44,361 bases of DNA, taken from contig JAUCBJ010006152.1 in assembly GCA_032718475.1 (NCBI GenBank), positions 1-44,361 on the forward strand, in the 5' to 3' direction. Within the stretch, counting starts at the first letter, position 1. Each line of letters begins with the position of its first letter. The DNA comes from Nemertoderma westbladi (taxonomy: Eukaryota > Animalia > Xenacoelomorpha). Below the pieces are notes generated by a model. That model was not told the origin of the DNA, did no database searches, and was given only the letters and a program-made list of their open reading frames with translations. Shown here one piece after another: positions 1-12,718 of this stretch. The translations under genes were made by a program, and so were the position numbers.

Positions 1-567
1 ACTGATGCTGCACGAAGGCCCCACGCAAATTCTACTTGGAAAATTTTCAAACTTTTGCCAAACAACATGTGTACCAAGTTTGGATAGATTTCATCAAGGA
101 TTGGCCGAGTTATTAACGTTTAAAATAAAATACTGAAAAAAAACGCGACAGAACGACAGAACGACAGGTTGATTAATGGTACCACTACGCTAAGGCTCAC
201 TCACTTCGTGGCTCGCCCCACAGAGGCGTTTGGGGAACCAATAACTGTAAAAATAACTTTTACTAGCACCCCTGTAGCTTCTATTGAAAAATGATCCTTA
301 AAATACTAGAATTTTTACCAGCTAGCGAAATAACTAGACAAAAAAAACTCAATAATTTCCATCTAGTGCTAATCTACCATCCCGCAGAATAAATACTATA
401 ATCATTTCGGCACTAGTGCGTTATAGGTACACCCCCCCCCCCTCAAATTTTTTTTACTAGCTAGTTCTTGCTTTTTCTTTTTATGAACATGTTCTAGAAC
501 ATGTTAGCTATTAAAAAAAAATATATATATGTTCTAGAAAAAATATTTTTTGTTCTAGAACAATTAA

Positions 568-1475
568 CCCTTTCGGTACCATGGCACATACGTCTGTTCC
601 ATGGGTATTGCGCCATGACACACACGTCTGTTCCATGACATTTATTCGATTTCTAAGAAGGGAAAATTTTGCTGGACTATTAAGTACATGCTTCTATATG
701 TTAGCGACGCATTTCAGCTTGTATCTACTGTAATTTAACTACCGGTAGGCCTACTGCAGACCTGCTTACAGACTGCCAGACTTTAGCAATAACAGAATAA
801 GGCAGTACTGCAGTAAGATAGGCCTAAACTGACTAAACAGCCTAAACAAAAAAGCCTAAACAGACTGACCGACAGACAGTCTGGATAGGGTCAAAAGTGA
901 AAACTGACAGCGGAAATGAAATCCTTGACCAGGAAAACCCCCATAGAGAGAATTTTAATTAGCTAATGTGATTCCTTATATTTTTGACGGACAGACAGAC
1001 CGACAGACAGTCTGGATAGAGTCAAAAGTGAAAACTGACAGCGGAAATGAAATCCTTGACCAGGAAAACCCCCATAGAGAGAATTTTAATTAGCTAATGT
1101 GATTCCTTATATTTTCGACGGACAGACTGACAGACAGACAGACCGACAGACAGTCTGCATTGGGTGAAAAGTGAAAACTGACAGCGGAAATGAAATCCTT
1201 GACCAGGAAAACCCCCATAGCGAGAATTTTAATTAGCTAATGTGATTCCTTATACTTTTGACGGACAGACTGACAGACGACCGACAGACAGACCGACAGA
1301 CAGTCTGGATAGGGTCAAAAGTGAAAACTGACAGCGGAAATGAAATCCTTGACAAGGAAAACCCCCATAGCGAGAATGTTAGTAGATTTTATTCTTTCTA
1401 AAGTCTTGACAGACAAACTGACAGAAAGACTGACAGACTTCAGAAATTCATGAATTAGAGTTGGGCACTTGGGGG
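568..1475. mobile_element. piggyBac-like non-autonomous element with internal 130-150 bp tandem repeats
   Basis: TTAA|CCCTTT left end and a degenerate GGGGG|TTTG right end. About four units at 863-1440 with core gtgaaaactgacagcggaaatgaaatcc...aaaacccccatag and GACA repeats. Confidence 0.5.
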
Positions 1476-1600
1476 TTTGAATAATTTTAAAAAAATTAAA
1501 AAAATTAATATACTATTTTTATTTTTTAGTAATGTTCTAGAACATGTTAGCTATTCAGAACTAGAAAAAAAAAGTTCTAGAACAAATAGTTTTTGTTCTA

Positions 1601-2340
1601 CCGGGTGTTCCATAATGATTGCCCCCCCCCCCCCCCCTGGCCAGCCAAAACTGCCAGACTCAAAAGATAATTTAATTCTGAGCTTGCATGCAAAAATTTA
1701 GGGTCCAATACAAAAGCATAATAATTTTAAGGCTATTCTTTAAACCTATCTTACTTTTCAATATTTGTGATTTAATCACTATTTAAAAAAATATAATGTA
1801 TCCAGTGTTAGGCATCAGCTTTGCATGTTGCAGCCCTGTTTAAACAGTTATTACTGCCTGACTTTTGCTGTATTCCAATATATTATTAGTGTTTCTTTGG
1901 TAAATTTACTGAATTAGGCCTAAAACAGAAGTAATTAAAATGACAAATTCCAGTGCAATCTTCGATGACTCTGAAGAAAAACGTAAGGTTGACATGATCA
2001 GAGATGTTACTTTTAGAGAGGGTCGTGATTCTGTGGCATAATCAAACTGAACTCAAACCAAAACGGCCCTTTTAAGGGCCTACATCCTTTGCCACTATCG
2101 AGGAGCTCCCCGTGCTGCAAAGGGGAAACATGGCTGTAAATCTGATGACTAACGCTGGATAAAGTATATTTTTTAAATTGTGATTAAATCACATATATTG
2201 AAAAGTAAGATTGGTGTAAAGAATTGCCTATAAAATTTTTATACTTTTGTATTGGACCCTAAATTTTTGCATGCAAGCTCAGAATTAAATTATCTTTCGA
2301 GTCTGACAGTTTTGGCTGGCCAGGGGGGGGGGGCAATTAT
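1601..2340. mobile_element. Tc1/mariner-like MITE with about 200-bp inverted arms
   Basis: TA|CCGGGTGTTCC left end. About 1613-1811 is the inverted copy of about 2149-2340. The outermost right terminus is missing. Confidence 0.75.
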
Positions 2341-3420
2341 ATTCAGAAATTAATGATCTGCTTAGAATACGTATACTGTATAATATTTATTATTTAGCAG
2401 ACAGCGGGTAATATTTTCTGATCAAATCCAACAGAGCAGAAAATTGGTTTTCTTTGTGTAGAAGCTTCCAACGAATCTTACAAATCTTAGCTATAGAAAT
2501 TCGATTATTCTAGAAAATTCATTTTCCTTCACATCAAATAAAACACGTTGTGGGGTCTTCGAGCAGCACGTGTTCAAATGTTCAATGAATGAACAGCGAC
2601 TAATTAACAAATTTATGAGAGATTCATTGACCAGCTACCGACAGACCAATATTGTGACATATATTTTAGTTTAATGTTTGATTCAATTAGAAGCACAAAT
2701 TAAAAAGGCTACAAATATATAAGGGTGAATAATTAAATTAATCACCCATTAAAAGGTAGCCAAATATACGTTGCAATCTATATAAATTTTTAAATTCAGT
2801 AGTGTGCGTGTGTTGTGTATTGATCCCGTATATTTCATGTTGTAATAGCGTTCATTAATTTAATTTCTATTTAATTATTCAGGCATACTAATACCCACAT
2901 TAAATTAGTTCGTGTGTGTTAAGTGTGTAAGATTTGATTGTTTCTTCACGAAACCATTAGGGCCAGAAACTGACGAATTCTTCGCGAATTTCGCAAACGT
3001 CGCAAACTTCGGGAATTTGTTCTACAATTTTGACTCCTTAAGCAAAAGGGTCCCGAATGAGTTTTTTAACCTTTATTTTTTTGTGATTTTGAGTGCTTTT
3101 TTATATTAGTGAATGTTCTAGAACCTTAGTAGATTTTTTATGGTATATAGCTAGTATTTTTTACTAGCTAGTAATTTTTGGAAATTATTTTGGTCACTAA
3201 TATATTCTTCAACAGTTTAACCTGAAATATCATGGACTTTCACATTTTTTATAATTTCAAAAAATACTAGCTAGCAAAAAAACACTAGCTATCATAAAAA
3301 ACATATCTAATAATGTTGTAGAACTTTCACCAATACCAAAAAAATTAATAAACTCTAAAAAAGGATTGGTGGAAAATGGCTGGGGTGTCGACAGGGCAAA
3401 GTAGGGACCGTGTTGCTTAA

Positions 3421-5289
3421 CCCCTTAGAGCCTAATGACGTCCACTGCACGTCACCATGGACAGCACGAAGACGTGCAGTGCACGTCATGCTGGAATACA
3501 TGTTTTATTGGAAGGCTCTTGGAGTAGGTATACTGGTGGATAGTATTAATGACATTTATTGCTCTTCATGGCAAAAAATCCATTCTGTACTGTAGATACG
3601 CTGTATTGCAGACTGTATTATTAGTGTTAGGTATATGGCGTAATGCCAACCACAGTACAGTAGTTCAGACTGACAGAGAGACCGATAGACAGACAGACTA
3701 GATTTATGTAAACGTGTAAACTGACATCAGAAATGAAATCAGCAACCCTTAAAACCCCCATAGCGAGAATGTTGGTTAGTTAGTATACTTTCTTAAGTTT
3801 TCACAGACTGACTGACAGAAAGACCGACAGCCAGACAGACTAGATTTTTTTAAACGTGAAAACTGACAACTTAAATAAAATCAGCACCCATTAAAACCCC
3901 CATAACGAGAATGTTAGTTAGTTTGTATTCTTTTTTAAGTTTTGACAGACTGACTGACTGACAGAAAGACCGACAAACAGACAGACTAGATTTTTTTAAA
4001 CGTGAAAACTGACATCTAAAATAAAATCCGCACCCATTAAAACCCCCATAACGAGAATGTTAGTTAGTTTGTATTCTTTTTTAAGTTTTGACAGACTGAC
4101 TGACTGACAGAAAGACCGACAAACAGACAGACTAGATTTATGTAAACCTGAAAACTGACATCAGAAATGAAATCAGCACCCCTTAAAACCCCCATAGCGA
4201 GAATGTTAGTTAATTTGAATTATCTTTTAAGTTTTGACAGACTGACTGACAGAATGACCGACAGACAGACAGACTAGATTTATGTAAACGTGAAAACTGA
4301 GATCAGAAATGTAATCAGCACTCCTTAAAACCCCCATAGCGAGAATGTTAGCGACAAGTTTTAAATATTAACCATATTTCGTAAGATATATTTTAAAACA
4401 TTTATTTATTAATAATGCAATAACTGAATAACCAGATAACGGAAAGACAAATCGAATTGAAACTTTTAATTACTAATAATAATTGTGGTGAGAGGTGATG
4501 GAAATCAAGAATATATGTTATGTTATGGAGCACGCGTTGGTAGGCACAGGCAAATGAATTGATGTCTGTTGAGATGTATTGAAGGAGCACTATTCCTTCT
4601 ACTGGACTAACGAGAATGTTAGTTAGTTTGTATTCTTTTTTAAGTTTTGACAGACTGACTGACTGACAGAAAGGCCGACAAACAGACAGACTAGATTTAT
4701 GTAAACCTGAAAACTGACACCAGAAATGAAATCAGCACCCCTTAAAACCCCCATAGCGAGAATGTTAGTTAATTTGAATTATCTTTTAAGTTTTGACAGA
4801 CTGACTGACAGAATGACCGACAGACAGACAGACTAGATTTATGTAAACGTGAAAACTGACATCAGAAATGTAATCAGCACTCCTTAAAACCCCCATAGCG
4901 AGAATGTTAGCGACAAGTTTTAAATATTAACCATATTTCGTAAGATATATTTTAAAACATTTATTTATTAATAATGCAATAACTGAATAACCAGATAACG
5001 GAAAGACAAATCGAATTGAAACTTTTAATTACTAATAATAATTGTGGTGAGAGGTGATGGAAATCAAGAATATATGTTATGTTATGGAGCACGTGTTGGT
5101 AGGCACAGGCAAATGAATTGATGTCTGTTGAGATGTATTGAAGGAGCACTATTCCTTCTACTGGACTACTATGTCCTCGTGTACTAGCCTAGGCACTGGC
5201 TTGGCCAATGACTTTAGCTTGCCAACTGTAAAACTTCAAGAAATATTATTGGGCACGGCTGCCCTTGCCATGCTTTAGGCTCTATGGGG
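3421..5289. mobile_element. piggyBac-like non-autonomous element with about 145-bp tandem repeats
   Basis: TTAA|ccccttagagcctaa ... ttaggctctatgggg (14/15 inverted match; right-hand TTAA absent). The repeat core is related to that of 568-1475. Confidence 0.6.
4049..5168. repeat. 559-bp tandem duplication
   Basis: 4049-4609 repeats at 4608-5168 with TA microhomology at the junction. It explains the twin ORFs 4402-4590 and 4961-5149. Confidence 0.92.
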
Positions 5290-5290
5290 G

Positions 5291-5672
5291 AGAATGGAAT
5301 CAGCGTATGAATTTACAATGTTAATTATGTTTAAATCAATTAAAAATACATTTATTAACGCAAATCACTTGAAAAAATAAAAAACTATAATGGGATGGGG
5401 TACATGGATTCCAGATATCTAATTTCAGTGCAAAATAACTTTAATCGTGTGGTGCTAAACAATTAATTTCCATGGAGAGACCGTTCAAAATGACTCAACC
5501 ATACAATTTAGCTGAAGATATTAACTTCGATTATGGCTTCCGACATTTATGGCTACCGACACACACACACACACACACACACACGTCACACACAGACTTT
5601 TCAAAAACGGCCATAGTATAATTATATCAGTTCGCTGATGGCTCGCCATACGTGTCTCGCCCCACATAACTA
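5291..5672 (+). mobile_element. Helitron/Helentron-type non-autonomous element remnant with (AC)n microsatellite
   Basis: (AC)n at about 5559-5584 is followed by a gctcgcc...ctcgccc end motif. A similar layout (GACAGAAC repeats, gctcgcccc) lies at about 70-245. Classification is by architecture only. Confidence 0.4.
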
Positions 5673-6267
5673 ACAAAAAATAAAATTTGTAAGCTTTTTT
5701 TAAAATTTGTTCTAGAACAAAAAATATTTATTTCTTCTAGAACATTTTATTATTTTTTTTCAAATGTATCTCATGTTCTAGAACATTTCATAAAAATAAA
5801 TAGCAAAAACTAGCTAGTAAAAAAGAATTGAGGGGGGGTGTACCTATAACACACAAGTACCTTTAATACACCCTATTCTAGAACATTTGTTTATGTATGA
5901 ATAGCTACATAATATTATGATTAAAGAGTTAATGCATTGTTGCCCAGCTAGCAAGGAAAACACCAGCTACCATAAAAAATATCTAATAAGATTATATAAT
6001 TCACTAGGCACTAACTACTGTAGGTCTACAGTACTTGGCACGGAAGTAGGACTAGAACATTTCACCAAAAACACAAAAACATTAATTATAAAAAATGGTC
6101 ACACAAGCTATACTACCCCCGTAATCAGCAGTTATTTCCGTGGATTGTGTCAAATGTCCCAAAAGTCCTAGATGTGCAGCAGAGCGTCAGTAATTCACAG
6201 AAAGTCCGAAACCCCTAAACCCAGCGCCGTCACCAAACCCCAGGTTTCTCCAAGGTCGCCGTCATAG

Positions 6268-7132
6268 ATTTATTTATATACATTATGTAAAAACAATAAC
6301 AAATACACCAAACAATGTACCGGTATAAAGGTATTGTCCAACATAACATATAGGATTACCCCTAAAGCTTTGCAGCTTATTTCCAAGGGGGTCCTTTATG
6401 TTACTTGGTTACAAATACAATATTACACTACACTAACCTAAAACCCATATAAAACGTAATTACACTATGTACATGTACAACTTTACCGAGAGCGTGACAA
6501 TGTCCGACTCAACGATAAAGATGTAATGTACAGAACAATTTAATATAAAACGTAATTACAGTATAAATAGTAAATACCGGTAATTAATAAACTAATAACT
6601 TACTGTAGGACTATTGTACCTATTTTTACATTGCACGCGGAGGTGAGATTTAACTGCAGATTTAAAAGAATGTTGATTATCTAGGTTTTTAATTTCATTA
6701 GGCAGAGCGTTCCAATTTTTAATGCCGTTAAAAAAAGAAAGTATCAAATTCAAAGGATTTACAATTCGGGAGGTAGAAGTTTGAAGCACTTGCTCTGGTA
6801 CTGTAAGAGTGTGTATCGCGTACTCTGTTGAATTTTTGTTTTAGGTAATTGGGTTACCATTATACACTTTATGCACATGGTTAAGGCGTAGCTGCTTAAC
6901 TCTACTATCTAAGTTAAGTAGTCCAGATTCAGAAAAGTTATCTGGAGTTAGGTTGTGCCTAGGTTTGTAGTCTTTAATAAATCGTACTACTTTATTCTGA
7001 GCTACTTGTAATTTACATTTAAGCTGTTTGGTTAAGCCTTCATACCAAGAAGAGCACGCATAGTCCATGTGACACTGTATTAAAGAAGAGCAAAGTAACT
7101 TGCGGGAGTCGGTGTTCAAACTATTTTTATTT
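6268..7132 (-). mobile_element. 5'-truncated L2/CR1-group (Crack/Daphne-like) LINE: RT C-terminus and 3' UTR
   Basis: LIQCHMDYACSSWY...KLQVAQNKVVRFI and F..GIKNWNALPNEIK....SFKSAVKSHL. The 3' UTR ends in ATAAATAAAT on the minus strand. Confidence 0.85.
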
Positions 7133-7320
7133 CTGCCACGCAGGCAGAGGTAGCTGGAGCGGTTGAGCGCAAAGAGCAGTCTCCGGCGGATACCACCCAA
7201 AACGCAACCAAAACCTCTCTCGCGCATCCCATCGCGCCTCGCCACGAGTGACTCCGCGAGATGTCTGATCAAAATAGTGGTCTCAGCACACCATACTCCA
7301 TCGGTGGTGCCTACCAAAGG
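7133..7320 (-). mobile_element. Short CRE-like RLE C-terminal fragment fused to the L2 element
   Basis: VGTTDGVW..E....RHLAESL...IRRRLLFALNRSSYLCLRG resembles the CRE-type C-terminal pattern (S.DG..G.E....K.LA....R.RLSF...R....CLRG). GC content jumps abruptly at about 7133. Confidence 0.7.
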
Positions 7321-7855
7321 GGTAAACCAAATAAATACTTAGCTACATTTATTATTTGTTTTATTTTAGATGCTGCAATATTATACTTTATTTTAGCCAA
7401 TCAACTACGCTTGACAAAAGTTGCTGTGGTATGGCTGACGTCAAATGTCGTGCAAATTCCTAAAATGGTCTGATTTTTCGATGTGGCTAATTTTGCGTTT
7501 TAAAATCGCCATAACTCGGCCAATATTACTTATTTTGAAGTAAAATTGCTCTCTGGGGTTTTTTCACGTGCTCTTTCACATGAAATCAACAAATCAACAA
7601 AAACTCTGAAATTTTTTTAAGATACATAGATCTACATAGACATAAGAGCCAAGAAAAATATTCACATCTCAGTGACACTCTGGCAAAGTTTGGTCGAAAT
7701 TTATTGTGGCCTTCTTTAGAAATAGGATTTTCTAATTTTTTCGAAAATATACGTATGGATCATCGTGAGTACAGTACTGCACATAATTCAAATTTTAACA
7801 TGATTTCTGAACTTTAAGGCTCAAGACGGTCTCAAAAATGTATTTGAATCCTTCA

Positions 7856-9931
7856 TGTAGCTGTTTTGTGAAGTACTGTATGTATCAGATAACTGTATAT
7901 TGCCCGTCTACATGCAGACTGCCATATAACACACTTTATATGACACAATATCTACCTAGTTGTGACCATTACACAATATCTACTGTATGACACATCTCTT
8001 TTTCCGTTTTATTATTATTATTATTTTTTTTTAATGGGCAGGGCCTTGTCGCAGTTAATTGAGTCAATAGGGCGTGAGGAGTTTAGATGCGAAGGGCCGA
8101 GTCATTGAGTTAATTGAGTCAATAGGACGTGAGGAGTTCAGGATTTTTCATCCATGAAGAATTGTCGTTGTCTGCAAACCCTGTTGGAGCGGCGAAGTCT
8201 TTGCTCCGGCAACGTTGATGTACTACTACAGTAGGTTCGGTGGCTGCCGATGATTTACGTGTGGGTGTGGATCCTGGATAGTCCATCTGGTGTCCGTGGG
8301 CCGATAGATGTGGATGGCTGTTGCATTTTAGTTGTTGCTAGGTTGTTGTTAAATGTTAACTATACCTTGAGATCTCGTATGGGTTGGAATATATATTGGT
8401 ATAGGTGTAGGTGTTGTTACTGGTGGCTGCAACGATATTGGTATCACAGGTATTTATTGGTGGGTGTCATAAGAGAGCGAGCTGGATTGCATGTGTTACA
8501 AGCGTACCAGCCGGTCTCATGGGTGGAACCAGATTTGGTGTATGTGCGTTACAGCCTGAGGTCGAATTAAGCATCAATTACGTCGTAATTTCTTGCCATT
8601 TGGGGAACTGAATGATATAATCGCGGTTTGGTTGAGTGTTAACTATGGTGCCATCATGAGTGTTGTATTGATCTTGGCGTATTTCTTTCCTGTGATTGGA
8701 TGTAGCTTGGCGCTCGATACGAGTATTGAAGTCAATAGCGGAATCAAGCTCATGTTTTGGAAGGAGTTCCCGGAGGCGTGACCCCATAAGTTTGTCCGAG
8801 GGAGCCACACCACCATCGCTGTTGGAATTCCGTAACGCAATTAAACCCTGGGTAAATGATTCTTTATTCAATCACAGTGTTGCGGCTAGGATCCCAGCAA
8901 GCACGAATAAGTTTTTTGCAGGTTTTAACATTATTTTCCGCCAACCCATTGGATCTTGGCATCCTTGGTAAAGTAATTTCCTGTTTAATGTCATACCGTT
9001 GTAATAATTGGCTGTAGTTGGCGCTGTTGAATGGGGGCACCATCAGACCGTATAATGCATGGCAGACCTAGCAATTGAAAGTCACTGAGTAGCTGGTTCG
9101 CAATAATCTTAGATGAAGTATGATTTCCGCAATCATGTACATTAGGCCATTTGGTAAATTCGTCAATAGTTGCAAGGAAGTGACGTCCGTGAACTTGGAA
9201 AAGGTCAGCATTGGTCGAGGTCGGGTAGCAGGTTCGTGGTATTGTAAGGGTTCTCTGGCAAGTGACGGTCGGAATTCGGCGCAGTAACATTCTCCACGGT
9301 ATGCAGTATATCATTACTGATTCCATGCCACCAGACGGAGGTAACTGCGCGCTTTTGTTTGTCCTTGATGTGATGAATAGTATTTCTAGAATACTAGATC
9401 TTTTAGATCTGGGAATAACAAGACGGTGTCCGAATAGTATGATGCCAGTGGTGTCAGTACAGAGTTCGGACCTGGCATGCCAGTATGGTCGTAATTCATC
9501 ATCTAGTTTTATTTTATGTTCAGGGAATCCGATTTGAATGTAAATAATGTAATGCTTTAAATGGCGGTGTATGGCATCACTGTCACCAGCTTGTCGGATA
9601 CGGTCTATCGAAATATTCGCAGGGGAACTGGCATCTTGCTGGAGGACAGATATAGCAATATTAATCATTGGGTCATGGTCTATGTCATATCTGATAATTA
9701 TATCATTACTTTTAGCATCATGGAGGTCCAACCGAGATAGCGCATCAGCAGCTGAGTGCCATTTTCCAGGGACATGGTGTGCTGTAAAATTAAATCTGTC
9801 AAGATTTGTGCGCATTTTCAATAGTCGAATATTATCGATTTGATCTAAGCGTTTGTTATCAGGTATCGGTATTAAAGGCAGGTGATCAGTGTGTATGGTG
9901 AAGTGGTTGAGACCATCCAGTTTCATACGAC
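7856..9931 (-). mobile_element. Decayed Ty3/Gypsy (probably Mag-like) retrotransposon, 3' part: end of RNase H, integrase, PPT, short 3' LTR
   Basis: FTIHTDHLPL...HVPGKWHSAADALSR, GHRLVIP, ADLF..G..FL..IDEFTKWP, IRSDG and SNGLAE (about 8935-8960). PPT GGAAAAAGAGA at 7995-8005. Candidate 139-bp TG...CA LTR at 7856-7994, with no partner LTR to confirm it. Confidence 0.88.
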
Positions 9932-9936
9932 ATTTT

Positions 9937-11086
9937 TGTTCGCGCTTTCAGACCTTTAGCAGTTTAACCTGCCAATTTTAGGTGTCCTCTTGTTTATAAA
10001 TCGACTTTAGCCTATAACAACTATTTAGTGCACATAAAGTTACATTAGCCGAAGCCAGTCTATGCAAGATCATTCACCCACTGTTAAGGGAGACTGGATT
10101 CGGATGCTTTGATGTGATTGCGGTGCAGACCTACTGTATTATTCGATTGATGATTACTATATAATTCCTGACAATATTATTCACTTTCGGGGAAATATTA
10201 ACAGTTCCTTTAGGACGTGGCGCTTTAAGTATATAAAACAGAGTTATGACTTATACTAAACACAACGAGATGGCTACTGAGTTTCGTAAATAGCGCATTC
10301 TTTAGGAGATGCTTTATTATCTGTCACACTACTGCACACGACTTCACACCACTTCACACTGATCTGCCGACCGTCACTGAATTTGATCATATATAAGGAG
10401 GATAGCAACTGACACATGTAGGGATTATGAAATAGCATTTAATTCACACAAAAACCACTATAATGTAAGTCGCAATTGCTACAGGTAACCGGTCCCTCTT
10501 ACCTTCAGTAATCAAGAAGATTGGGGTTTTATGATTATTTATCGGTGTTCTCCAAATATAACAACATATCCATCAATATACAACAATTAATAACAGACAG
10601 TAAACACAAGTAAAATAATGCGGTGAACAATCAGTATATGTTACTTATGCAGTGCGTAATGCCGTTTGGATTGTGTTATTCAGCCAGTGTTACTCAGTTT
10701 GTATTATGCAGTGCTCAGATAATAGATTTACGTTCTTATAATCAAAGCCATCTAATGTTTTGGCCAAAGTCTGAAACTTCTACAGAAGCACAGAAGAATT
10801 CTAAGCCGGTGTTCTGAGGCTCAGAAAGGTAAACAAAGACCGTAATGCATTGCGCGGTTTTACATAGGCCCTTGCCAGAAATAAAGTGAAAATCGCTCTG
10901 ATTGGCTGACTAGGCAGAACAAAGAGGTTCCACGTTGACAGTAAATCAGCTGACAGATTTCGTCATCTGAGCTCCAGTCTTTTAGAGTATTATGCGCATT
11001 GCGGTAAATGACTTGTTATGTCCGCTAAAGCACCTACACGGTACACTGCGGGAAAATGACTTGTTATGTCCGCAAAAGCTTTTACA
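9937..11086 (-). repeat. 3' LTR of the BEL/Pao element (1150 bp)
   Basis: Copy of 25821-26971. On the minus strand it is preceded by a short purine-rich tract GGGAGTGG (11087-11094), the likely PPT. Confidence 0.96.
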
Positions 11087-11371
11087 CCACTCCCAGAAAA
11101 TGGGATTTAATTCTATAAAATATAAAAAATCACAGTTTCTAAAATATAAAAATACTCTAAACAGTTAGTCCTTCTTACGTGAACGGCGTTTACGAAGTTT
11201 TTTGAGGCTAGCAAGAGTCCTTTTCTCTTTGGGGCGAGCCACTTTACTAGGAGGGCTATAACTCCTGGGTGAAGGGTGCAATACAATTGCAACGGAAGGT
11301 TTAGGGTTACGGTCGGTGTATCCGCCGGTCGAGGTACCCAGTTGATCGATATCAACCTCCGTGGAACGAGG

Positions 11372-12718
11372 TCAAACAACCTTTAGAGCGCGTTTCAAGA
11401 CAGCAGCTCTTACTGGTCCCTGACGGGTCGTTTGTACGAGAGCGGTTGGTTGACCGTGTGTAGTGAGAAATTTCCTCGGTTTGATGGTTCTTTCCAACTC
11501 GCGTTCTCGGGCTCTATCGGAATCGATATGCTTCTCCTCGAGCTGATTTTCCTCTGCTTGTCGTTGGAAGCATTCGTCCAAAACTCTTGCAGAGAGTAGG
11601 GTCGTCCAAGTTCGATATCTTCTTCGAGATTCTGGATTTCCCAATCGAACTGAGGTAAAGCTAATTATTTTACCGCTTGGACTTGCTGCTGCAATTTACG
11701 TTTATCTAAACAATCGTAGGTTCCTTTTCCGATCTTTTGTCGAATAGCGTCTAACGCGTTTCGTACAACGCTCTCCTCCACCTCGGTGACGGGTTGTATC
11801 GGGGTTAAACCGGGACGATTATAAGGGTTGAACGGCGATATTAAATGTTCGCATCCCAATCCGGCTAGGTAGGATGGGCGGATATCTAGAGAGCCCACTA
11901 CCGGAGTGCCACCGATCAACTGCTCGGGCAACACCAGATCCTCGAACAGCGAGCACAGCTCAGGAGGATCCGTGACACCATTACGATCAAGAGTCTGAGG
12001 TCTCACCAGGGAATGAGGAGGTCTGACTGAGTATTCCGGAACTCTGATCATAGGTTTATTTAAGGATCGTTTGAGTCGAGCGAGCGTAGGTGATACATCG
12101 AACAAGTTTTGCTCGAAACTCCCGTAAGTATAGCGAGTAAAACTGTGTTTAGCGCAACGTCTCCGCGGATGTTTATGTCTTTCCGTTTGTTGGTTGGGTC
12201 TAGGGTATTCATCGTAATAATACCAAAGACGCACGTCTTGTAGGGGAAACGCGGGTGATCTTTCTCCAGTTTTATAATGTTTCTCTCAAGAATTCAAAAT
12301 ATTCGTTGAAGTCACTGCGTTTATCCGGTTCTTTAACGTCTTCTCTTTCGAGTCGATTTCGAATATAATTTTTCGTGTACGATTTCAGTTTTTCGTTCCA
12401 ACTCCGCTGGGTATGATATTTAAATAGGATCATTTCCCTTTCGGTGTCTACATCGTCCGTATCGTGTAAATCGATAGGATGACCAGTAGTTAAGAAGTCC
12501 ATATACGTACCATTACGATGCATATAGCGAGTGGTGAATTTTCTATAGTCCAATTCACACGTGAGCTGTTCCTTTGACATTGGCGGTTCGATATAACGGC
12601 CATCGTCCTCCGTAGCGGGTTGACTAGCGTCGCCGCGTATTAAACTATCAACAAACGCTTGCAATGGTAGGGTATATCGCTCCCTGATACCAAGATCATC
12701 TTCTATCAAATCAGTCAT
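11372..12718 (-). pseudogene. Unidentified extra ORF (about 400-450 codons, interrupted) between pol and the 3' LTR
   Basis: Three abutting same-strand ORFs (12272-12718, 11665-12234, 11372-11644) in a GC-richer block. They can be joined by one frameshift near 12280 (..FLRE/KHYKTGERSPAFPLQDVRLW) and by reading through the TAA at 11665-11667 (AVK*LALPQFDWEIQNLEEDIELG). No motif recognised. Confidence 0.55.

Noticed and set aside
6209-6241. Telomere-like repeat (aacccctaaaccc)
   Set aside because: Only one or two imperfect units, compatible with chance.
10623-10817. Short ORF repeated at 26507-26689
   Set aside because: It recurs only because it lies in the LTR. It has a GTG start, is antisense, and the two copies differ by a frameshift.
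11113-12718. env gene
   Set aside because: No signal peptide, transmembrane anchor or Cys-rich ectodomain pattern. Kept as an unknown ORF instead.
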